This document shows positions 1 through 9,580 of a stretch of 64,000 nucleotides of DNA, piece after piece. The stretch comes from Eledone cirrhosa (lineage: Eukaryota). The translations under genes were made by a program, and so were the position numbers. Where the stretch lies: the NCBI GenBank assembly GCA_964016885.1, contig OZ024762.1, positions 29,822,001-29,886,000 of the forward strand, read 5' to 3'. Each line of letters opens with the position of its first letter. The stretch's first letter is position 1. The notes beneath the pieces were generated by a model that saw only the letters and a list, made by a program, of their open reading frames with translations, had not been told where the DNA came from and ran no database searches.

Positions 1-111
1 GGGAGATTTTTACCGTGTTGCCTACACGGCCACATTACAGCGTGGACTGTCTGGCGGGTTTTCTACGGCTGGATGCCCTTCCTAACACTAACCACATTTA
101 CAGTGTGGACT
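1..111. repeat. Representative 111-bp monomer
   Basis: gggagatttttaccgtgttgcctacacggccacattacagcgtggactgtctggcgggttttctacggctggatgcccttcctaacactaaccacatttacagtgtggact; the next unit starts at 112 with gggagg. Confidence 0.98.
13..29. other. Short inverted repeat/hairpin present in essentially every monomer (CCGTGT-tgcct-ACACGG)
   Basis: Perfect 6-bp stem with a 5-nt loop. It is followed by CCAC-attacagc-GTGG (30-45) and CCACA-tttacag-TGTGG (92-108). Confidence 0.8.
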
Positions 112-112
112 G
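30..112. repeat. Internal direct repeat within the monomer: CCACATT(T)ACAG(C/T)GTGGACTG at 30-49 and 92-112
   Basis: ccacattacagcgtggactg versus ccacatttacagtgtggactg (one indel, one substitution). It divides the unit into 62-bp and 49-bp sub-units. Confidence 0.95.
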
Positions 113-140
113 GGAGGTTTTTACCGTGTTGCCTACACGG
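55..140 (-). mobile_element. Putative retroposon-derived segment (RTE-LINE 5'UTR-like / cephalopod SINE body-like) forming most of the monomer
   Basis: Minus strand reads CCGTGTAGGCAACACGGTAAAAACCTCCCAGTCCACACTGTAAATGTGGTT(G/A)GTGTTAGGAAGGGCATCCAGCCGTAGAAAACCCG. I recall GGTTGGCGTYAGGAAGGGCATCCRGCCGTARAAA from RTE-associated repeats of many animals, especially octopus SINEs. Recognition is from memory, not from a search. Confidence 0.55.
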
Positions 141-222
141 CCACATTACAGCGTGGACTGTCTGGCGGGTTTTCTACGGCTGGATGCCCTTCCTAACACC
201 AACCACATTTACAGTGTGGGCT

Positions 223-334
223 GGGAGGTTTTTACCGTGTTGCCTACACGGCCACATTACAGTGTGGACTGTCTGGCGGGTTTTCTACAGCTGGATGCCC
301 TTCCTAACACCAACTACGCTTACAGTGTGGAACT
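223..334. repeat. Example of the recurrent 112-bp variant monomer (…CAACTACG(C/T)TTACAGTGTGGAACTGGG…)
   Basis: Linked changes ccacat->ctacgc/ctacgt plus a 1-bp A insertion (ggaactg). It recurs every few monomers throughout the array and causes the +1 frameshifts in the ORF track. Confidence 0.93.
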
Positions 335-1419
335 GGGAGGTTTTTACCGTGTTGCCTACACGGCCACATTACAGCGTGGACTGTCTGGCGGGTTTTCTAC
401 AGCTGGATGCCCTTCCTAACACCAACCACATTTACAGTGTGGACTGCGAGATTTTTACCGTGTTGCCTACACGGCCACATTACAGCGTGGACTGTCTGGC
501 GGGTTATCTACGGCTGGATGCCCTTCCTAACACCAACCACATTTACAGTGTGGACTGGGAGGTTTTTACCGTGTTGCCTACACGGCCACATTACAGCGTG
601 GACTGTCTGGCGGGTTTTCTACGGCTGGATGCCCTTCCTAACACCAACCACATTTACAGTGTGGACTGGGAGATTTTTACCGTGTTGCCTACACGGCCAC
701 ATTACAGCGTGGACTGTCTGGCGGGTTTTCTACAGCTGGATGCCCTTCCTAACACCAACCACATTTACAGTGTGGACTGGGAGATTTTTACCGTGTTGCC
801 TACACGGCCACATTACAGCGTGGACTGTCTGGCGGGTTTTCTACGGCTGGATGCCCTTCCTAACACCAACCACATTTACAGTGTGGACTGGGAGGTTTTT
901 ACCGGGTTGCCTACACGGCCACATTACAGCGTGGACTGTCTGGCGGGTTATCTACGGCTGGATGCCCTTCCTAACACCAACCACATTTACAGTGTGGACT
1001 GGGAGGTTTTTACCGTGTTGCCTACACGGCCACATTACAGCGTGGACTGTCTGGCGGGTTTTCTACAGCTGGATGCCCTTCCTAACACCAACTACGCTTA
1101 CAGTTTGGAACTGGGAGGTTTTTACCGTGTTGCCTACACGGCCACATTACAGCGTGGACTGTCTGGCGGGTTTTCTACAGCTGGATGCCCTTCCTAACAC
1201 CAACCACATTTACAGTGTGGACTGGGAGATTTTTACCGTGTTGCCTACACGGCCACATTACAGCGTGGACTGTCTGGCGGGTTTTCTACGGCTGGATGCC
1301 CTTCCTAACACCAACCACATTTACAGTGTGGACCGGGAGGTTTTTACCGTGTTGCCTACACGGTCACATTACAGCGTGGACTGTCTGGCGGGTTTTCTAC
1401 GGCTGGATGCCCTTCCTAA

Positions 1420-1490
1420 CACCAACCACATTTAGTGTGGGGCTGCGTGGTTTTTACTGTGTTGCTTACACGGCCACATTATAGCGTGGA
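1420..1490. repeat. Example of the recurrent 110-bp marker variant (ACATTTAGTGTGGGG(T/C)TGCG(T/A)GG…TACTGTGTTGCTTACAC…TTATAGC)
   Basis: About 31 copies, TAG ending at 1435, 3658, 6661, 8885, 13222, 14889, 16779, 22892, 25448, 28559, 30895, 32118, 35451, 37008, 39008, 40562, 41784, 43227, 45562, 47563, 48452, 50231, 50341, 51229, 53454, 54342, 56121, 58569, 59457, 61571, 62459. Confidence 0.92.
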
Positions 1491-4400
1491 CTGTCTGGCG
1501 GGTTTTCTACGGCTGGATGCCCTTCCTAACACCAACCACATTTACAGTGTGGACTGGGAGGTTTTTACCGTGTTGCCTACACGGCCACATTACAGCGTGG
1601 ACTGTCTGGCGGGTTATCTACGGCTGGATGCAGTTCCTAACACCAACCACATTTACAGTGTGGACTGGGAGGTTTTTACCGTGTTGCCTACACGGCCACA
1701 TTACAGCGTGGACTGTCTGGCGGGTTTTCTACGGCTGGATGCCCTTCCTAACACCAACCACATTTACATTGTAGACTGGGAGATTTTTACCGTGTTGCCT
1801 ACACGGCCACATTACAGCGTGGACTGACTGGCGGGTTTTCTACAGCTGGATGCTCTTCCTAACACCAACCACATTTACAGTGTGGACTGGGAGATTTTTA
1901 CCGTGTTGCCTACACGGCCACATTACAGCGTGGACTGTCTGGCGGGTTTTCTACGGCTGGATGTCCTTCCTAACACCAACCACATTTACAGTGTGGGGCT
2001 GGGAGGTTTTTACTCTGTTGCCTACACAGCCACATTACAGCGTGGACTGTCTGGCGGGTTTTCTACAGCTGGATGCCCTTCCTAACACCAACTACGTTTA
2101 CAGTGTGGAACTGGGAGGTTTTTACCCTGTTGCCTACACGGCCACATTACAGCGTGGACTGTCTGGCGGGTTTTCTACGGCTGGATGCCCTTCCTAACAC
2201 CAACCACATTTACAGTGTGGGCTGGGAGGTTTTTACCGTGTTGCCTACACGGCCACATTACAGTGTGGACTGTCTGGCGGGTTTTCTACAGCTGGATGCC
2301 CTTCCTAACACCAACTACGCTTACAGTGTGGAACTGGGAGGTTTTTACCGTGTTGCCTACACGGCCACATTACAGCGTGGTCTGTCTGGCGGGTTTTCTA
2401 CAGCTGGATGCCCTTCCTAACACCAACCACATTTACAGTGTGGACTGGGAGATTTTTACCGTGTTGCCTACACGGCCACATTACAGCGTGGACTGTCTGG
2501 CGGGTTTTCTACGGCTGGATGCCCTTCCTAACACCAACCACATTTACAGTGTGGACTGTGAGGTTTTTACCGTGTTGCCTACACGGCCACATTACAGCGT
2601 GGACTGTCTGGCGGGTTTTCTACAGCTGGATGCCCTTCCTAACACCAACCACATTTACAGTGTGGACTGGGAGATTTTTACCGTGTTGCCTACACGGCCA
2701 CATTACAGCGTGGACTGTCTGGCGGGTTATCTACGGCTGGATGCCCTTCCTAACACCAACCACATTTACAGTGTGGACTGGGAGGTTTTTACCGTGTTGC
2801 CTACACGGCCACATTACAGCGTGGACTGTCTGGCGGGTTTTCTACGGCTGGATGCCCTTCCTAACACCAACCACATTTACAGTGTGGACTGGGAGGTTTT
2901 TACCGTGTTGCCTACAAGGCCATATTACAGCGTGGACTGTCTGGCGGGTTTTCTACGGCTGGATGCCCTTCCTAACACCAACCACATTTACATTGTGGCC
3001 TGGGAGATTGTTAACGTGTTGCCTACACGGCCACATTACAGCGTGGACTGTCTGGCGGGTTTTCTACAGCTGGATGCCCTTCCTAACACCAACCACATTT
3101 ACAGTGTGGACTGGGAGATTTTTACCGTGTTGCCTACACGGCCACATTACAGCGTGGACTGTCTGGCGGGTTTTCTACGGCTGGATGCCCTTCCTATCAC
3201 CAACCACATTTACAGTGTGGACTGGGAGGTTTTTACCGTGTTGCCTACACGGCCACATTACAGCGTGGACTGTCTGGCGGGTTTTCTACAGCTGGATCCC
3301 CTTCCTAACACCAACTACGCTTACAGTGTGGAACTGGGAGGTTTTTACCGTGTTGCCTACACGGCCACATTACAGCGTGGACTGTCTGGCGGGTTTTCTA
3401 CAGCTGGATGCCCTTCCTAACACCAACCACATTTACAGTGTGGACTGGGAGATTTTTACCGTGTTGCCTACACGGCCACATTACAGCGTGGACTGTCTGG
3501 CGGGTTTTCTACGGCTGGATGCCCTTCCTAACACCAACCACATTTACAGTGTGGACTGGGAGGTTTTTACCGTGTTGCGTACACGGCCACATTACAGCGT
3601 GGACTGTCTGGCGGGTTTTCTACGGCTGGATGCCCTTCCTAACACCAACCACATTTAGTGTGGGGTTGCGTGGTTTTTACTGTGTTGCTTACACGGCCAC
3701 ATTATAGCGTGGACTGTCTGGCGGGTTTTCTGCGGCTGGATGCCCTTCCTAACACCAACCACATTTACAGTGTGGACTGGGAGGTTTTTACCGTGTTGCC
3801 TACACGGCCACATTACAGCGTGGACTGTCTGGCGGGTTATCTACGGCTGGATGCCCTTCCTAACACCAACCACATTTACAGTGTGGACTGGGAGGTTTTT
3901 ACCGTGTTGCCTACACGGCCACATTACAGCGTGGACTGTCTGGCGGGTTTTCTACGGCTGGATGCCCTTCCTAACACCAACCACATTTACATTGTGGACT
4001 GGGAGATTTTTACCGTGTTGCCTACACGGCCACATTACAGCGTGGACTGACTGGCGGGTTTTCTACAGCTGGATGCTCTTCCTAACACCAACCACATTTA
4101 CAGTGTGGACTGGGAGATTTTTACCGTGTTGCCTACACGGCCACATTACAGCGTGGACTGTCTGGCGGGTTTTCTACGGCTGGATGTCCTTCCTAACACC
4201 AACCACATTTACAGTGTGGGGCTGGGAGGTTTTTACTGTGTTGCCTACACAGCCACATTACAGCGTGGACTGTCTGGCGGGTTTTCTACGGCTGGATGCC
4301 CTTCCTAACACCAACCACATTTACAGTGTGGGCTGGGAGGTTTTTACCGTGTTGCGTACACGGCCACATTACAGTGTGGACTGTCTGGCGGGTTTTCTAC

Positions 4401-5299
4401 AGCTGGATGCCCTTCCTAACACCAACTACGCTTACAGTGTGGAACTGGGAGGTTTTTACCGTGTTGCCTACACGGCCACATTACAGCGTGGTCTGTCTGG
4501 CGGGTTTTCTACAGCTGGATGTCCTTCCTAACACCAACCACATTTACAGTGTGGACTGGGAGAATGTTACCGTGTTGCCTACACGGCCACATTACAGCGT
4601 GGACTGTCTGGCGGGTTTTCTACGGCTGGATGCCCTTCCTAACACCAACCACATTTACAGTGTGGACTGGGAGGTTTTTACCGTGTTGCCTACACGGCCA
4701 CATTACAGCATGGACTGTCTGGCGGGTTTTCTACAGCTGGATGCCCTTCCTAACACCAACCACATTTACAGTGTGGACTGGGAGATTTTTACCGTGTTGC
4801 CTACACGGCCACATTACAGCGTGGACTGTCTGGCGGGTTATCTACGGCTGGATGCCCTTCCTAACACCAACCACATTTACAGTGTGGACTGGGAGGTTTT
4901 TACCGTGTTGCCTACACGGCCACATTACAGCGTGGACTGTCTGGCGGGTTTTCTACGGCTGGATGCCCTTCCTAACACCAACATCGGTTACAGTGTGGAA
5001 CTGGGAGGTTTTTACCGTGTTGCCTACACGGCCACATTACAGCGTGGACTGTCTGGCGGGTTTTCTACAGCTGGATGCCCTTCCTAACACCAACCACATT
5101 TACAGTGTGGACTGGGAGATTTTTACCGTGTTGCCTACACGGCCACATTACAGCGTGGACTGTCTGGCGGGTTTTCTACGGCTGGATGCCCTTCCTAACA
5201 CTAACCACATTTACAGTGTGGACTGGGAGGTTTTTACCGTGTTGCCTACACGGCCACATTACAGCGTGGACTGTCTGGCGGGTTTTCTACGGCTGGATG

Positions 5300-8200
5300 C
5301 CCTTCCTAACACCAACCACATTTACAGTGTGGGCTGGGAGGTTTTTACCGTGTTGCCTACACGGCCACATTACAGTGTGGACTGTCTGGCGGGTTTTCTA
5401 CAGCTGGATGCCCTTCCTAACACCAACTACGCTTACAGTGTGGAACTGGGAGGTTTTTACCGTGTTGCCTACATGGCCACATTACAGCGTGGACTGTCTG
5501 GCGGGTTTTCTACGGCTGGATGCCCTTCCTAACACCAACCACATTTACAGTGTGGACTGGCAGGTTTTTACCCTGTTGCCTACACGGCCACATTACAGCG
5601 TGGACTGTCTGGCGGGTTTTCTACGGCTGGATGCCCTTCCTAACACCAACCACATTTACAGTGTGGGCTGGGAGGTTTTTACCGTGTTGCCTACACGGCC
5701 ACATTACAGTGTGGACTGTCTGGCGGGTTTTCTACAGCTGGATGCCCTTCCTAACACCAACTACGCTTACAGTGTGGAACTGGGAGGTTTTTACCGTGTT
5801 GCCTACACGGCCACATTACAGCGTGGTCTGTCTGGCGGGTTTTCTACAGCTGGATGCCCTTCCTAACACCAACCACATTTACAGTGTGGACTGGGAGATT
5901 TTTACCGTGTTGCCTACACGGCCACATTACAGCGTGGACTGTCTGGCGGGTTTTCTACGGCTGGATGCCCTTCCTAACACCAACCACATTTACAGTGTGG
6001 ACTGGGAGGTTTTTACCGTGTTGCCAACACGGCCACATTACAGCGTGGACTGTCTGGCGGGTTTTCTACAGCTGGATGCCCTTCCTAACACCAACTACGC
6101 TTACAGTGTGGAACTGGGAGGTTTTTACCGTGTTGCCTACACGGCCACATTACAGCGTGGACTGTCTGGCGGGTTTTCTACAGCTGGATGCCCTTCCTAA
6201 CACCAACCACATTTACAGTGTGGACTGGGAGATTTTTACCGTGTTGCCTACACGGCCACATTACAGCGTGGACTGTCTGGCGGGTTTTCTACGGCTGGAT
6301 GCCCTTCCTAACACTAACCACATTTACAGTGTGGACTGGGAGGTTTTTACCGTGTTGCCTACACGGCCACATTACAGCGTGGACTGTCTGGCGGGTTTTC
6401 TACGGCTGGATGCCCTTCCTAACACCAACCACATTTACAGTGTGGGCTGGGAGGTTTTTACCGTGTTGCCTACACGGCCACATTACAGTGTGGACTGTCT
6501 GGCGGGTTTTCTACAGCTGGATGCCCTTCCTAACACCAACTACGCTTACAGTGTGGAACTGGGAGGTTTTTACCGTGTTGCGTACACGGCCACATTACAG
6601 CGTGGACTGTCTGGCGGGTTTTCTACGGCTGGATGCCCTTCCTAACACCAACCACATTTAGTGTGGGGTTGCGTGGTTTTTACTGTGTTGCTTACACGGC
6701 CACATTATAGCGTGGACTGTCTGGCGGGTTTTCTACGGCTGGATGCCCTTCCTAACACCAACCACATTTACAGTGTGGACTGGGAGGTTTTTACCGTGTT
6801 GCCTACACGGCCACATTACAGCGTGGACTGTCTGGCGGGTTATCTACGGCTGGATGCCCTTCCTAACACCAACCACATTTACAGTGTGGACTGGGAGGTT
6901 TTTACCGTGTTGCCTACACGGCCACATTACAGCGTGGACTGTCTGGCGGGTTTTCTACGGCTGGATGCCCTTCCTAACACCAACCACATTTACATTGTGG
7001 ACTGGGAGATTTTTACCGTGTTGCCTACACGGCCACATTACAGCGTGGACTGACTGGCGGGTTTTCTACAGCTGGATGCTCTTCCTAACACCAACCACAT
7101 TTACAGTGTGGACTGGGAGATTTTTACCGTGTTGCCTACACGGCCACATTACAGCGTGGACTCTCTGGCGGGTTTTCTACGGCTGGATGTCCTTCCTAAC
7201 ACCAACCACATTTACAGTGTGGGGCTGGGAGGTTTTTACTGTGTTGCCTACACAGCCACATTACAGCGTGGACTGTCTGGCGGGTTTTCTACGGCTGGAT
7301 GCCCTTCCTAACACCAACCACATTTACAGTGTGGGTTGGGAGGTTTTTACCGTGTTGCCTACATGGCCACATTACAGCGTGGACTGTCTGGCGGGTTTTC
7401 TACGGCTGGATGCCCTTCCTAACACCAACCACATTTACAGTGTGGACTGGCAGGTTTTTACCCTGTTGCCTACACGGCCACATTACAGCGTGGACTGTCT
7501 GGCGGGTTTTCTACGGCTGGATGCCCTTCCTAACACCAACCACATTTACAGTGTGGGCTGGGAGGTTTTTACCGTGTTGCCTACACGGCCACATTACAGT
7601 GTGGACTGTCTGGCGGGTTTTCTACAGCTGGATGCCCTTCCTAACACCAACTACGCTTACAGTGTGGAACTGGGAGGTTTTTACCGTGTTGCCTACATGG
7701 CCACATTACAGCGTGGACTGTCTGGCGGGTTTTCTACGGCTGGATGCCCTTCCTAACACCAACCACATTTACAGTGTGGACTGGCAGGTTTTTACCCTGT
7801 TGCCTACACGGCCACATTACAGCGTGGACTGTCTGGCGGGTTTTCTACGGCTGGATGCCCTTCCTAACACCAACCACATTTACAGTGTGGGCTGGGAGGT
7901 TTTTACCGTGTTGCCTACACGGCCACATTACAGTGTGGACTGTCTGGCGGGTTTTCTACAGCTGGATGCCCTTCCTAACACCAACTACGCTTACAGTGTG
8001 GAACTGGGAGGTTTTTACCGTGTTGCCTACACGGCCACATTACAGCGTGGTCTGTCTGGCGGGTTTTCTACAGCTGGATGCCCTTCCTAACACCAACCAC
8101 ATTTACAGTGTGGACTGGGAGATTTTTACCGTGTTGCCTACACGGCCACATTACAGCGTGGACTGTCTGGCGGGTTTTCTACGGCTGGATGCCCTTCCTA

Positions 8201-9580
8201 ACACCAACCACATTTACAGTGTGGACTGGGAGGTTTTTACCGTGTTGCCAACACGGCCACATTACAGCGTGGACTGTCTGGCGGGTTTTCTACAGCTGGA
8301 TGCCCTTCCTAACACCAACTACGCTTACAGTGTGGAACTGGGAGGTTTTTACCGTGTTGCCTACACGGCCACATTACAGCGTGGACTGTCTGGCGGGTTT
8401 TCTACAGCTGGATGCCCTTCCTAACACCAACCACATTTACAGTGTGGACTGGGAGATTTTTACCGTGTTGCCTACACGGCCACATTACAGCGTGGACTGT
8501 CTGGCGGGTTTTCTACGGCTGGATGCCCTTCCTAACACTAACCACATTTACAGTGTGGACTGGGAGGTTTTTACCGTGTTGCCTACACGGCCACATTACA
8601 GCGTGGACTGTCTGGCGGGTTTTCTACGGCTGGATGCCCTTCCTAACACCAACCACATTTACAGTGTGGGCTGGGAGGTTTTTACCGTGTTGCCTACACG
8701 GCCACATTACAGTGTGGACTGTCTGGCGGGTTTTCTACAGCTGGATGCCCTTCCTAACACCAACTACGCTTACAGTGTGGAACTGGGAGGTTTTTACCGT
8801 GTTGCGTACACGGCCACATTACAGCGTGGACTGTCTGGCGGGTTTTCTACGGCTGGATGCCCTTCCTAACACCAACCACATTTAGTGTGGGGTTGCGTGG
8901 TTTTTACTGTGTTGCTTACACGGCCACATTATAGCGTGGACTGTCTGGCGGGTTTTCTACGGCTGGATGCCCTTCCTAACACCAACCACATTTACAGTGT
9001 GGACTGGGAGGTTTTTACCGTGTTGCCTACACGGCCACATTACAGCGTGGACTGTCTGGCGGGTTATCTACGGCTGGATGCCCTTCCTAACACCAACCAC
9101 ATTTACAGTGTGGACTGGGAGGTTTTTACCGTGTTGCCTACACGGCCACATTACAGCGTGGACTGTCTGGCGGGTTTTCTACGGCTGGATGCCCTTCCTA
9201 ACACCAACCACATTTACATTGTGGACTGGGAGATTTTTACCGTGTTGCCTACACGGCCACATTACAGCGTGGACTGACTGGCGGGTTTTCTACAGCTGGA
9301 TGCTCTTCCTAACACCAACCACATTTACAGTGTGGACTGGGAGATTTTTACCGTGTTGCCTACACGGCCACATTACAGCGTGGACTCTCTGGCGGGTTTT
9401 CTACGGCTGGATGTCCTTCCTAACACCAACCACATTTACAGTGTGGGGCTGGGAGGTTTTTACTGTGTTGCCTACACAGCCACATTACAGCGTGGACTGT
9501 CTGGCGGGTTTTCTACGGCTGGATGCCCTTCCTAACACCAACCACATTTACAGTGTGGGTTGGGAGGTTTTTACCGTGTT
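5300..9580. repeat. Recent local duplication, offset 2224 bp (20 monomers)
   Basis: Identical ORF pairs 5520/7744, 5854/8078, 6188/8412, 6661/8885, 7108/9332. Shared rare variants gccaacac (~6024/8248), gactctct (~7160/9384) and gggttggg (~7333/9557). Confidence 0.85.

Noticed and set aside
40-70. CENP-B box (CGGG present)
   Set aside because: The required TTCG-NNNN-A-NN-CGGG arrangement is absent.
81-85. Telomeric motif (CCTAA = TTAGG on the minus strand)
   Set aside because: There is a single pentamer per monomer and it is never tandem, which is expected by chance.
1-111. tRNA, 5S rRNA or snRNA tandem gene cluster (unit size is similar and T-runs resemble Pol III terminators)
   Set aside because: No A/B box (GTTCGA), cloverleaf or 5S/U-snRNA signature was recognised, and there is no spacer between units.
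70-125. Twister or HDV-like ribozyme (CCUAACAC…GGAGG superficially resembles twister ends, and RTE 5' ends often carry such ribozymes)
   Set aside because: By eye I found no GGUCCCAAGCCC/GUUACAAGC-type twister loop and no HDV nested double pseudoknot. A covariance-model search would be needed to exclude it formally.
1-222. Satellite-encoded hammerhead ribozyme
   Set aside because: No CUGANGA core on either strand. The minus-strand GAAA has no partner box, and the CTGACTG variant does not complete the motif.
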